Source: Octopus sinensis
Taxonomy: Eukaryota
Direction of reading: 5' to 3'
Assembly (NCBI RefSeq): GCF_006345805.1
Contig: NC_043005.1
Span: 34,782,001 to 34,846,000 of the forward strand
DNA: 64,000 nt
Made by a program: the position numbers and the translations under genes
The notes under the pieces: generated by a model
Database searches by the model: none
What the model was told of the DNA's origin: nothing
What the model saw: the letters and a program-made list of their open reading frames with translations, nothing else
Shown here: piece after piece, positions 40,877 through 55,459 of the stretch
Position numbering within the stretch: the first letter of the stretch is position 1
Layout of the letters: each line of letters opens with the position of its first letter

Positions 40877-42559
40877 ATACTTTTGGTCTGTTCCATTCTT
40901 CACCAGAACTGCAGCTATGAAGGGAGATGGATTTCTTTCTGCATCTATATCCACCATACAGCTGCTGGTCCCGCAGCAGACAGACAGTTGTTCAGTTTCA
41001 GACTAAGTTTAAGGCAGACTCAATAATAACATGCATTTTACATGTCTGCTGCATTTTGCATGTAAACTCTTAGCATGTGTACACATATCTGTATACACAC
41101 ATATACACACATGCTTTCTAAAACAGTCTGTCTCACTGTGTTTGTTTGCCTGCATATCTGTCTACATCTGTCTGTCTTTCTACCAAATACCTCGCTATAT
41201 GTCTGACTGAATACCTCACTACGTCTCTCTCTCTCTCTCTTTCTTACTCTCTGAGAATGTAAGCATATTATTCATTTGTCTGTTTTTCTATTCAGTCATA
41301 TTGCTATCAATTTATCTTTCTCTCTTCTTTCTATATATCCATCTATTTAAACACAGCTAATTCCTGTTTAACTTCTGAATAATAATAATTTCACACAAAT
41401 TTTACACTAGTACTTTCTCTTTTTTGCAATACATATGCAGCAAAAAGAATAAATTCTTTTAGGTTTTGTTTTTTTCTCCCTCTCTCTTTCTCTCTAATAA
41501 TGTCAAGAATTTAATTTTGAAGATAAATATGTTGTATGTAAATATTGCAGTTTATCAAATTAATGTTAGTGTGTGCATGTGTGTGTGTGTTTGCATGTAT
41601 GTACAAGCATTTATGCAAACATTCATATATTCACGTGAAAAAGAATAGACTCTATCAATACATAACTTTTTACAATGTATGTGTGTAGGTATTTACAAAT
41701 AATCACTCAAACATGCATAAGCAAAATAATAAAATCATATTAATATATATACATAACCTTTTACTATGTCTGTGTATGAGTAGTATGTGTGTATGTAGTG
41801 CATGTGTGTGTGTGCATGTGTTGTGTACATGTGATGTATGCACAAACTATTTTTGAGTGATATGAAATCATTGTTATTTAATAAAATAATTGGACACAAA
41901 AGTGTGGCAGGAGTCTCTCAGGAGAATGGCATCTGCTGCTTGCTCTCAATTTAGTGAAGGAATATTTTTGCATGCTCTTCATTAATAATGCCCTTCAGAA
42001 AGGCATGAGTACTAAAACATGTCATCTTGCATGTCCTTAACTCCTAAATAATATTCAAAAAATATAATTCATTTAGTTACATAAGTAAAAAAATAAAACA
42101 TAAAATTAAATATTTTAAAGAATAAGGATGTTTCTTGCTTTTTTTAAATTTAGTTTCTATTATAGATAACTAGGAAACATGGTTAAATTGCTGCTGTTTT
42201 CTGCTTGTATTGAAACTTATTGCAAATATCCTCAGTGGAATTTCTAGGATGGTGAAAACTCAATTAGAATACCATGTAACTTATAATTCTGTAATGCAAC
42301 CTTAATGAAGATAAGAGAAATAATGTAATGTGTTCATTTTATTTACTCAATCTATTTATTTTGTTTAGTTTTTTCTTTCATGTTTGACTAAACAAAGATA
42401 GATACAAAAACATAATATAGTTCTCAATATCTTGCAAAACTATTTCAAACTTCTAATCTCTCTAAAGTAATTTTCAACTAGATACATATTTTTTAAACAA
42501 CAATTAAAAATGAAAACATGTATTGAGTTTTGAAATGTAATTTTCCATATTTTCTAACA

Positions 42560-43480
42560 TACCATCAAGCAAGGCCTGCATGAAGCTCCAGATTTTTATG
42601 ACATTCTCCCTGAGCCCATAAGAACACAAGATTATTTTGGAAACGTAGAAAGGAAATCATTCAGATGATGATGCAAAGGAGAAGGCTTAGATGCTACAAA
42701 TGTGGCAGTAAAGGCCACTTGATGGTTTTTTTTAACAAAATGGAAAAAAAGTGAAAAAAAAAGGCAAATAGTTGTAGAGGTAATGACAACGAGTTTCTGA
42801 GAGTAAATGACAGGGAGGATGGGTATGGATGATGCTACTCCCATAGTTTCACAGAACCATTGCTTTCACATGCTAAGAATTGTCAGAGCATATGCAAAGA
42901 TAGAGTTACCAATTCCTGAACAACATCAACATTAGAATCCACCAGAATGAAGCAACAAGAAGCCAAAAGGTCTCCTTTTTGAGCAGAGAACCAACAAGAG
43001 GCTCTGGTCAACAGTTCCACCCCAGTATCTTCCAGTGATACAGAGAAGAGATGAAGCCTTAAAAAAAAAGAGGACAGAATAGAAAGGAAAATAAGAGGCT
43101 GAAAAGGAATGGATCCAAACTGATGACAAGAAGGATGCTGGGAGTCATCCTTTACAAAGAAGTATCTATCTTCCTGAAGGTTAACTGATTTAAAATAACA
43201 TAACAAATTTATATATTGCTGGAAAAGCTACAAAATGAGGAAAATAATATTGTGCTGAAGGAGGTGGTGTTAAGGGATAAATACAATGAACCTTTAAAGG
43301 ATATTACTGCTGAAAACAACACCAACATCTACTAACAATAAAAGCTGCACTTCACAGAGGATGTAGAGAAACTTAATGGCTTGGCTAAAACTGAAGCTCA
43401 CTGGTATATTAAGGGAACCTTAGATATAGTCATAGAAGTTGATCAAAATTGTAATGACTTTCTTATCCTAAATAGGTGAA
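42560..43480 (+). mobile_element. Possible L1/Tx1-type ORF1 (gag-like) relic
   Basis: RRRLRCYKCGSKGHL at ~42677-42721 (CCHC zinc knuckle lacking the last Cys), followed by purine-rich, stop-ridden K/E-rich sequence. Confidence 0.4.
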
Positions 43481-43680
43481 TTCCACTTAGTCATTTTACT
43501 AATAAATTTTTAACCTTTTTTCAATATTTTGTATAACATTTATTGCCACTTCCCCTTTGTATATTCTATCTGGACATTCCAATGAGGTCAGTCACCCTTT
43601 TGTTTGACACATTTTGTATTTCAGGTTTAGGATCTTATGGTAAATAAGGATATACTTCTTCTTATTCTTCTTATTATTAT

Positions 43681-44412
43681 TAAGACAGTGAGCTGGCAGA
43701 ATCATTAGCCTGCCGGACTAAATGTTTACCTGCATTTCTTCCAGTTCTTTACATTCAAATCCTATCAAGGTCAATTTTGCCTTTCATCTGTCTGGGGTTG
43801 ATAAAATAAAGTACCAGAGAAGTACTGAGGTCAATGTAATCGACTAACCCCACTTTCCTTGAAATTACTGGCTTTGTGCTAAAATTTAAAACCATTTTAA
43901 AACACTTGGTTGACAGAATTGTTAGCACATCAGACAAAAGGCCTAGCAGCATTTCTGACTTTACGTCCTGAGTTCAAATCCTGTTGAAGTCAATATTGCC
44001 TTTCATCGTTTTAGGATTGAAAAAATAAACTACTAAACAGATAGTGAGGTCTATAAATAACCTTCATTCCAAAAACTGCCATTTAAGATGTAAGCACAAG
44101 ATTTGGGTGGCAAAGAGGAAGAGATTTTATGAGTAGCCAACTTTAAACATACAGCTTCAACAAAATTCGTTTCCTTATCACAATATAAGAAATTATCATC
44201 ATCATTATTATTATCAAGGCGGTGATCTAGCAGAATTGTTAGCAACCTGGACAAATGTTTCACAGTCTTTATGTTTTGAATTCAAATTCTGCTGAGATCA
44301 ACTTTGCCTTTCATCCTTTTGGGATCCATACCTGTTGAGCACTGGGGTTGATATAATCAACTAGCCTCCTCTCCTAAAATTTCAAGCCTTGTACCTATAG
44401 TAGAAAAGATTA
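43681..44412 (+). mobile_element. Three tandem SINE family A copies
   Basis: Copies at about 43681-43895, 43905-44030 and 44216-44412. Confidence 0.8.
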
Positions 44413-45173
44413 TCATCATTATTATTATTGCTAGTACATTGGTAATGAATAAAGATTAAAGACTACTTCATCATTCATTTAACTCTCTTTAGCTATTATT
44501 TTTATTTATATTCAGGTTAAAAGCTCTTGTAAACAAGTCCCATATCCACAACTGTCACGATTCTAGAATTACTACAAATAACCACAAATAACCTTCATTT
44601 CAAAAAATATCATCTGTGATGTAAGCATTAGACTTGGGTGGCACGGAGGAAGAGGTTTTATGAGTAGCCAGCTTTAAACATTTGCTTCTACATTCTCTAT
44701 ATTTAAATTCATAAGAGACTAGTCAGTTTGACAATTTAATCAGCTTGAAGTTTTATGAATATGTTAAACCTGGTGATAGAGTGGGGCGGAAGATTTGGTT
44801 GAAATACCTGAAATAGATTCCATGTTGCAAAGAATGGAGTCTGTAAAATATGAAAAAAAAAATGTACAAAAATGTTTTTGATGAAAAATAGTAAAGAATC
44901 TACTAAGACAATTTCGATGTCAGGTTGTGCATTGCGTTGCATATAACATAATGCTAATATAGAGTCTAGACAGACAACTTTGTCTCGGCAGGCAGAAAAT
45001 ATGCTCTGCTACAGATATAGCAGCCTACCACTGCAGGAGAGAAGAACAAATAAATCCACCTCCATCAACACTGCCAACATCGCTATCACCTTTATAACAA
45101 CAAAAAATACCAAGAATAAAGGGAGAAAAAAAACCCCAAAGAATATAATGGATAATAAAAAGTAGTAGTAGTG

Positions 45174-45206
<33 letters not shown>

Positions 45207-45552
45207 AGAGAAGCAGCAGCAGTAACAAAAACAGCAGAAGTAGGTGTGGTATTCAATGAACGTTATCTAACTTCATTCAGAAATTTGTGGCATTATTTGT
45301 GGAGCCTTAGACTTGAGAAACTACATTAAGAATGGTTACGGCTAGAATGGTTACAGATATGAAATTAGACTCTGCTGCTATCTCTGTCGGTTGTCAAGTT
45401 ACAGGCTTTATATCAGCAGCAGTATTACTATTTAGTCTACTAAGTTGTGTCATAGTTAATGTTTATTTTACTGTTTACTGCCGCAGCATTAGTATTATTG
45501 TTAATAAATTAGTCTCAATATTTCTATCACTGTTTAGTGTTGGTATTGCTGT

Positions 45553-45682
45553 CGAGTGTGAGTGAACAGTCTTATTATTGTTGAGTGTTAGTGTTCTTGT
45601 TTATGATGAGTGTGAGTGAACAGTCCTGTTTCTGTTGAGTATTAGTGTGTGTTCTTGTTTATGATAAATGTCAGTGAACAAC
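45553..45682. repeat. ~55 bp x2.3 tandem repeat
   Basis: gagtgtgagtgaacagtc..ttgttgagt.ttagtgt..tcttgtttatgat repeated. Confidence 0.8.
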
Positions 45683-46462
45683 TGTCATTTGTACTGTTAA
45701 CATTACCAATCTTATAATAGCTTAAAATGCATATAATTACTATCCAGTTTAGTGTTTAGTGTTGAGGCTCTTAGTCATGTCACTACTTAGTGATGATGTT
45801 AGCTGTAATTGCCAAGTGTGTTAACAGTCCTCTTACTAATTTGTTTAAATGTTTCTCTTTAGTAATTAGTTGCTTGTATCAATATGTGAAAGGAAGAGTA
45901 ATACATTGACAGAATCATGAGAGTATCTGGACAAAATGCCTTGTTATATTTAGTTATATGTTCTGGGTTCAAATCCTGCCATGAATGACTTTAGCTTTCA
46001 TCCTTCCACATCAATAATGCCTGTACCATTCAAGTACTGGAGTTGAAATAGCCAGCTCTACTCTCTCAAGCCATAGGATCTTGTACCAATGTTGGAAATC
46101 AATATTAGAAGAATGACAGAATGGTTGTGTGCCAAAGTGAGAAATCACTATTAGCATTTTTGCTACTGTGTAGTGTTAGTACAAACACTACACTTGGGAG
46201 GCTGTTTGTTTTACTTTTCAAGTTTGTGTGATTGCTCTTGCTCAAGTTAATGTTTGTATTTTCAGCAAGGTTCATGTCGACATTCATTTTTAGATCCGTA
46301 CATGACAAAGTGTTGCTATTGACATTAGTATTAAGTGACATTACTGGTATTGATGATATTGGGAATAAACTGATACAGAGTACAGAGTTATTGAAAGAAA
46401 AAATAAGGAAATAAAATGTGATTATGTGCATTACATACATACACTCAATTTATTTTCTGCGC

Positions 46463-46503
<41 letters not shown>

Positions 46504-47925
46504 AGGCAAGTAAGTGGCAAAAAAAAAAGAAGAAAGAAAACAAAATTATTAAGCTAGCAACTCTTGCAAAGTTCCTGGTGAATGAATTTCTAGCTTAGGA
46601 TCAGAGGAAAGGATGTGTTTGATATTTGGTCTTTCTTTCCCCCCACTCAATCTTCATTTCTTACTTTAAATACTCCTTAAGTTTTAAAGACATCCTACTC
46701 ATTACTTCTGACAGGCCAATAATTCTTTGGAGTACTTCCTCATCAGTTTTAAGATAGAGTTCAAAATAATTAATCACTAAGTTTAAATGTATTTTAAGTT
46801 CTTTGAAATGGACGTGAGTTTAGCTGAGATCCTGCAGCACACAAGAAATAATATCAATTTATTTCTATGTCAAAAATAAAGTTAATGAAGTAGTTTTTCT
46901 CTATGATTGAGGATGTATATATAACTAAATGGTGCTTATTTTTCCTATGAATTGTAGATAGAGGAAGGTATCACCTCCAATCAAAATTACATTTAATAAT
47001 TACTATATAAAATCAAAAACAGAAATATATATTTGCTTTTGTGCTGACAACTGTCTGCATATGAATGGTTTATATAAAAATTAAACATGTTTATCTTGTT
47101 CAATAGGTGAGGTTGTACATTAGTGAATGTTAATGACCTGATATATTTGCTTGCTTGTGTTTTGGATCATTGAGTAAATTTAGACCAATGAAGGAATTGT
47201 TATTACAAATATTTTACAGAATGGCTTTTCCCCTTTCCTCTTTTTAACCATGAAATTGAGTTCTGAATAAAGAATTATTCACTAAGTTGAAATATAAAAC
47301 TTTCATTCAGAATACAGTAACAATGATTGATTTAAAAAAAAAAAAAATACAAAATAGTTCTTATAAATAGATTGGTGTTTCACCAGCATGAAACATCTAA
47401 AAATACTGTTTTGTGTTTTTGCCTTGATAAAAGAGAAATGCTCGAAGTAGTAAATTTCCACTTTGATCATGACGCTCTGCAAATCTGCATTTCCAATTTT
47501 TTGTGCAAACATTCAAATCAAATATAAAAACAAATAGAAATAAGGCTCCCAGGAGGAAACAATGTTTCCTTTATTGATACAGCAATTTAATTAATATTAT
47601 ACTATAAACCTTCTAATAATATTAACTGTCACTTTAGCACACTTATTTCTACATAATAGGTTTGGAAATTAGTTTTGAAATCTACAAAATGCATACTTAG
47701 TAAACATTTATTTTGATTTTGATTTTAATATTTTAGCTGAGATTTTATCATAAAATATGATTTATTAATAGTTCTGAAAGTAGCACTTCTGGAATAAGTC
47801 ATTCAAGTGATTTTTAAGGAACTCAAAACTGGTTTGTTTTTTTCTTATAATCTACAGCTTTAACAATTAGATTTAAATTTAGTTTCTTTTCATAGATTTG
47901 TGCAGATATACAAAACCAGCATTTA

Positions 47926-48297
47926 TCTCTCTATATATAAACGGCAGTTTGTCTGTGTGTGTTTCTGTGTGTCTGTTAGGTTGTACCCTCACCCTGACCA
48001 CGGCTTTCAACCGATTCTGATGAAACTTGACACACACATAGCCCAATGTCATAATTCAAAACTAACGCAGCGAAAATTTTGAAAAGTTACCCCAGTTCTG
48101 AAAAAAATCGATAAATTCGACATGGGGTCGAGAATCAGAAACACAAACCACAGACTGTCTAGGGGACGCAACTCGACCTTTTTAACTAAAAAACAAATTT
48201 ACCATCATTTTTTTTCTATTTTTTGGCTATAACTCTCTAAAAATGCTTTATAGTTATTTCCCTTACAAACCCGAGCAACGCCGGGCGATACTGCTAG
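47926..48297 (+). mobile_element. Complete non-autonomous Helitron
   Basis: 5' TC terminus after host A (47925), subterminal hairpin CCCGAGCAACGCCGGG, 3' CTAG followed by host T (48298), no TSD. Confidence 0.88.
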
Positions 48298-51200
48298 TCT
48301 ATGTTAAATACTTCTTTTGTACAGATATACAAATATAGAAAGTCAGTTCATTAATTTCTGTCTCTAAACAGTTTATACTACCTCATTCACAGTTTTTATT
48401 TCAATTTTTGTTGTTTGCAACCACAATATTTCAACAAGTTTTCAGCTTCTCACCAATTAAAAATCAAACACTGGAATAAGTTTACCGCTCTAAATTGTGA
48501 GAGTGTGTTTGTCTGTGTTGATGACATTCCATTTTTAGGATAAATAATTTCTTGAAATTCTATCAATTTTATTAATTATCCACACACATTTGTTTGCAAA
48601 TAATTTTAAATTTGAATTCTAGGGATTTGGTAGGTTTTATGAAGCCCCTGAGCCATCCAAACTTAACTTGTTTACTAACCATCAACATTCGATACACTGA
48701 AATTAGATTGGAAAATGATAGATACAGCAAGCTGTATTTAATTAGATACTTATGTTTACTTAAGAATAAAATCTCTCATGTTCTGTCCCACCTCTGATAC
48801 AAGATCAACCTGCAAAGGGATGACTTCCTGAAACCTGAGCAACCATATTTTAATATATTTTATTTGTTCAGATCTTCATATCCTCCCAATACTGTTTGTT
48901 AAATTTAAAGTAGCTTTCTTAGAGAGTCAGTGGACCACTTACTTCATCAATTTCATCAGTATTCAATTAATTTGACTATGCAATTAGTGGTATATTACTA
49001 ATTGATACCAGTCTTAAACCTCAATTACCCAAGCACCATTCACTTTCATTTTACCAGCCGTATCTATCAGTATGTAGTCTATTTGTTTGGCCTGTTTCTG
49101 ATTACTGTGTTAACAGCAGGATTCCATCTTTTCTAGAAGCTTTTACAGAAACACAGATATATCCTGCCCACACACAGCTGACACTGCCAAACAAACTACT
49201 ACATCCATTCTTATTTCTCTCTATCCTCCCAGCTGCTTTGCATTTACAAGTAAAATACCTTAGCTTGTAGACTCTACTGATAGCTTAAATGCTTTTTTAG
49301 TGCAGTCCAAACTGGTTGGTGTTGTTATTATTATTATCATTATTATTATCTTATCTTCTCTGACAAACTGTGTCACCTATTAGGTCTTCAAAAGAACTAT
49401 TTTCTTATTCTCACCCACCATCTGTATACAGTAAACAGTACTGTTGATATCTATCTGTCACCAGCATATCTGATAACCATATCTACAAATATTTCACCAA
49501 ATATTTAGCCCACTACTTTTTCAGCTAAACAAATTGTTCTTTCTCCCAATGTCACAACATTTATTTACATAGCTTTACCAATGAGTTTCATCTCATATGA
49601 GTCAGAATTAGTTTTGAATAAGTTGCTATGGTAGATTCCCTGATACCTCAATGTGTGAAGTATCAATCACTCGATTGCCTATTTAGTCATGATGTACGAC
49701 CCAACAAGGTCACTAGAACATCTGCTGACCCTGAGCTACATTTACAGTAAAATACATTTAATTTTACATGTGCATGCATATGTGTGTGTGCATGTATGTG
49801 CACATGTGCATATGCATGAACTTAGAAAACAAATCTAGTGCAGAGTGAATTCATTTTAGATTTACTAATAAACTTTCCAAACATGGTTTGGCAATAAAAT
49901 AAAAACAACACATTCTTAGTACCACCATATTGTAGTCCTGACATCCAAAGGAAATGTAACTGCCAAGCTGAAAGTGTGCTTGGCCACTGTATCATAAATG
50001 TGTCCCAGTAGAAGTGAGTGGAAAGGAAAAAGTACTCACTAACAGTTTAAGTACAGGATGAACATAAATGGCTAAACCCTGTCTGGTTAAATATTTTACT
50101 TTAACAAGTATTTAGAGTGGTTTATCAGAATTGTGTTAATGGTTCTCCTCTATGTGGTCAATTACTGTCATATACTGAGAATGGACATGGTATAAGGTGT
50201 CAGTGAGACAGTGACTATGCAAGGCCAACTATTATTGAATTAAAAGGTGTTGTATAAATGTTGTCAGTGGTTCGTATTTGTCAGTGGTTCGTATTTGTTG
50301 TTTAGGTCAGCTTTTGTTGAGCTGTTCTTATATTTACTATACAAACCCATGATCAACAGGAAATTGATGAATTAATTACTTACAGTAATGAAATTTACAG
50401 TTGCATATTTGTATGTTAGCATGTCTAATTTTGTAGCTGTACATAAATGTGTGTATGTGCGTGTGTGTGTGAATGAAGTCACCTGCAGTAGATCAATGTA
50501 TGTGTAAGTACATGTGAGTGGGTACAGTTAAGTGTGTTGTGATTGTGTATGTAAATTTTTACCTTCCAGTGTGTGCAAATGTGCAGGTGGGTCTAAAGAC
50601 ATGTGCATGCTCGTTTATGCATGGGTTGTGGCAATGGTATGTGTGTGTGGTGTATGTGTGTGTGCGTGTGTGTGTGTGTGTGTGGTGTGTGTGTGTGTGT
50701 GTGTGTGTTTGTATCAGTGATAAGTAAGTGTCCTTACATGTTCAGTGGTTTAACTGAAAGTTGGGAGCTATACCAAAATGGTATTTCCTAAACTACTTGA
50801 TAACTTGAGATAAAAGATAGAAGGAAGCCGGTAGAGATAAAGAGATGTGTGTGTGTGCATGTATGTGTGTGTGTTGGCGACAGAGAGAGATAGGTTGGGG
50901 GAATAAGAGGGAAGGAGAATCAGAGAGAGCGATAAGCAAACCACTCAAAACTTATAACAGGTTAGATGAAATATTTTGTCAAGGCAACAGTCAGGGTAAT
51001 GGAGAAAATCAAAGTGTTTGATATTTATCAGAGTGATCTAAAGGTGGGGAGAGAGAAAGAGTGAGAGAACAAGGTGATTAAAATGAATGATATTTAAGAG
51101 AATGGAAGAGAAAAAGACAGGAAAATGCGCAAATGCTGCAAATGTGTAATGAATCAACAACAACTAATCAAAAAGAGTAGATGATGCTATATAACCAACA

Positions 51201-51327
51201 GACAAGCAAGAATACAATTATTTTGTAACAGATGCTTATGTTTTATACAAAGTCAGTCACAAAAATGAGTGAACGGTAAAGACAGGATATAGTAATCCAG
51301 GGGTAGATGTCTATCGTTTCATGCTGC

Positions 51328-51694
51328 ACAAGCATGGCTATGTGGTTAAGAAACTTGCTCCCAGCCATGTGGCCTCAGGTTCAGTTCCACTGAGTGGTAT
51401 CTTCAAATACAGTGTCTTTTACTATAGCCTCAGGCCAAACAAAGCCTTGTAACTGGATCTGGAAGATGGAAGCTGAAAGAAGCTGGTTCTATGTGTGTGC
51501 ATACTGATGACTATAAGCAAACATCACTGGCTTAGAAGTGATGATATTTATTTCTATGAAAAACATGCTGGGCCATGAGGAAATAATACCTCCCTTGGAA
51601 ACAGGTAAGGGTTGGCAACAGCATGGATATCCAGCCACAGAAAACCTGTCATATGAATGTTACAAGCAATTCTGTCAAAATTAAATGATGATGA

Positions 51695-51697
<3 letters not shown>
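51328..51697 (+). mobile_element. SINE family C head plus RTE-tailed 3' part
   Basis: gcatggctatgtggttaagaaacttgc..ggttcagttccact head. Ends ttaaa(tga)n. Confidence 0.65.
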
Positions 51698-51752
<55 letters not shown>

Positions 51753-51936
51753 TATAATAATTATGTATATAGATAAATATATGTATATATATATATATAT
51801 AAATATATATATAAATATATGTATATATATATATATATACAATATATATATATATATATATATTAATATATATATAAATATTATATATATAAATATTAAA
51901 ATATATAAATATATATATTATATATTATATATATAA

Positions 51937-51969
<33 letters not shown>

Positions 51970-52152
51970 AATATATATATATTATATATATAAATATATA
52001 TATTATATATATAAATATATATATATATAAATAAATATATATATAATTATATATATAAATATATATATATATATATTATATATATATATATATATTATAA
52101 ATTATATATAAATATTATATATATATATATATTATATAATATATATATAAAT

Positions 52153-52184
<32 letters not shown>

Positions 52185-52220
52185 AATATATATATAATAT
52201 ATATAATATATATATATAAA

Positions 52221-52253
<33 letters not shown>

Positions 52254-52766
52254 AATATATATATATATTATATATATATAATATATATAAATATAATATA
52301 TATATAAATATATATATAAATATATAAATATATATATATATATATATAAATATATAAATAAATATATATATAAATATATATATAAATATATAAATATATA
52401 ATTATATATATATTATATAATATATATATATATAATATATATATAGATATATATATAATAAATATATATATATATATATATATAATATAATATATATATA
52501 AATATATATATATAAATAAATATATATATATAATAAATATAAATATAATATATTATATATATATAAAATATATATAATATATATATATATAATTATATAA
52601 TATATATATAAATATATATATATATATTAAATGTATATATATAAATAAATATAATATATATATAATAAATAATATATATATATATAAATAATATATATAT
52701 ATAAATAAATATATATATATAAATAAATATAAAATATATATATAAATAAATAATATATATTAAATA

Positions 52767-52798
<32 letters not shown>

Positions 52799-52819
52799 AC
52801 ATATATATATAATATAAAT

Positions 52820-52852
<33 letters not shown>

Positions 52853-52985
52853 AATATATATATATAAATAAATATATTATATATAATTATATATATATAA
52901 TAAATATATATATATAAATAAATATATATATATATAAATATATAGATAATATATATATATATATAAATATATATATAAATAAATA

Positions 52986-53026
<41 letters not shown>

Positions 53027-53032
53027 TATATA

Positions 53033-53064
<32 letters not shown>

Positions 53065-53424
53065 AAATATATCTTATTAAATATATATATATATTAAATA
53101 TAATATATAAATATATATATATATATAAATATATATATAAATATATATATATATATAATATAATATTATAAATATATATATAATATAAATATATATATAT
53201 TATATATATATATATATATACATATATAAATATATATATACATATATTAAATATATATATACATATATATAAATATCTATATATATAAATATATATATAT
53301 ATAAATATATATATATAAAATATATATATATATATATATAAAATATATATATATATAAATATATATATATATAAATATTATATATATATAAATATATATA
53401 TATATATAAATATTATAATATATA

Positions 53425-53456
<32 letters not shown>

Positions 53457-53538
53457 AATATATATATATATATTATAATATATATAATATATAAATATAT
53501 ATATATAAATAATATATATATATAAAATATATATATAT

Positions 53539-53570
<32 letters not shown>

Positions 53571-53579
53571 AATATATAT

Positions 53580-54317
53580 CATCATCATCATCGTTTAGCG
53601 TCCGTTTTCCAAGCTAGCATGGGTTGGACGGTTCTACTGGGGTCTGTGAAGCCAGAAAGCTTCATCAGGCCCAGTCAAATCTGGCAGTGTTTCTACAGCT
53701 GGATGCCTTCCTAACGCCAACCACTCCGTGAGTGTAGTGGGTGCTTTTTACGTGCCACCCGCACTGGTGCCAGACAGAGCTGGCCAAACGCCACGAACGG
53801 ATGGTGCTTTTTATGTGCCCCGGCACGAGGGCCAGGCGAGGCTGGCAACGGACACGAAACGGGGCGGTGCTGGCAACGGTCGCGAACGGAAAGTTCTCTT
53901 ACATGCCACCGGCACTGGTAACACATCTGCAATTTCATTGATCGATTTCGATTCTGATCCTCACTTGCCTCAACGGTCTTCACAAGCAGAGTTTCGACAT
54001 GCCACCGGCACTGGTAGCACATCCGCAATTTCCATTGATCGATTTCGATTCTGATCCTCACTTGCCTCAACACGTCTTCACAAGTAGAGTTTTTGTGTCC
54101 CAAGAAGGGAAGGTATGCATACGTAGGCTGGCTCCATCCCATGTAGAAGGCCATGGGTTATGGACTCACTTGTCCTGCCGGGTCTTCTCGCGCACAGCAC
54201 ACTTCCAGAGGTCTCGGTCTCTAGTCATTTCCTCAGTGAGACCTAAAGTTCGAAGGTCGTGCTTCACCACCTCGTCCCAGGTTTTCCTAGGTCTGCCTCT
54301 TCCACAGGTTCCCTCAA
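53580..54317 (-). mobile_element. Young 5'-truncated RTE-clade LINE (ORF2 C-terminus, 3'UTR, (GAT)n tail)
   Basis: 54315-54166 translates without interruption as EGTCGRGRPRKTWDEVVKHDLRTLGLTEEMTRDRDLWKCAVREKTRQDK*, the typical RTE ORF2 end. Confidence 0.92.
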
Positions 54318-54321
54318 ATAT

Positions 54322-54352
<31 letters not shown>

Positions 54353-54546
54353 AATAAATATATATATATATATATACATAATAAATATATATAATATATA
54401 AATAATATATATATATATATATATATATAAATAATATATATATATATATATATAAATAAATATATATATATATATATATATAATAAATATAATATATATA
54501 TATATATATAAATAAATATATATATAATATAAATAAATATATATAT

Positions 54547-54730
54547 ACTTACTTACTTTGATACTTTGATAGGTTTCGGCCATTATTGGCCCAGGCCATG
54601 TCTAACTTAATAGCACACCTGGTGAAGTCTTTCAAGTCAGAATTTGGGCACTATGGCCCACTCAAGTAGAGAGTTATTGTTTACAGAGACATATCCGGGT
54701 GTAGGGGGTTTATCCGGGATTTCTTGATTT
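54547..54730 (-). mobile_element. CR1-like LINE extreme 3' end
   Basis: 54729-54637 translates to [30 protein letters not shown] (CR1-type 'IPD.P..PGY....NSLL'). Short 3'UTR with hairpin GGCC-AATAAT-GGCC and tail (AAAGTATC)/(AAGT)n. Confidence 0.75.
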
Positions 54731-54746
54731 ATATATATATAAATAA

Positions 54747-54777
<31 letters not shown>

Positions 54778-54823
54778 TATATATCTTATATAAATAAATA
54801 TATATATATATATATATAAATAA

Positions 54824-54884
<61 letters not shown>

Positions 54885-54960
54885 TATGTATATATATATA
54901 TAAATAAATATAATATAATTATATATATAATAAATATATGTATATATATATATATAATAA

Positions 54961-55019
<59 letters not shown>

Positions 55020-55115
55020 TAATATAATATATATAAATAAATATATATATATATATATATAAAAAATATATATATATATATATATAAATAAATATATATA
55101 TATATATATAAATAA

Positions 55116-55176
<61 letters not shown>

Positions 55177-55196
55177 TATATATATATATATATAAA

Positions 55197-55229
<33 letters not shown>

Positions 55230-55459
55230 TATATATATATATATATATATTTATTTAATATATATATATATATATATATTTATTTATATATATTATATAT
55301 ATATTATTTATTATATATATATATATAATATATATTTATTTATATATATATATATATATATTATTTATATATATATATATATATATATTATTTATATATA
55401 TAATATATATATATATTTATTTATATATTATATATATATATATATATTTATTTATATAT

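Noticed and set aside
45553-45682. CRISPR-like repeat/spacer appearance here and at 37588-37676
   Set aside because: Whole units are repeated with no unique spacers, the context is eukaryotic, and there are no cas genes.
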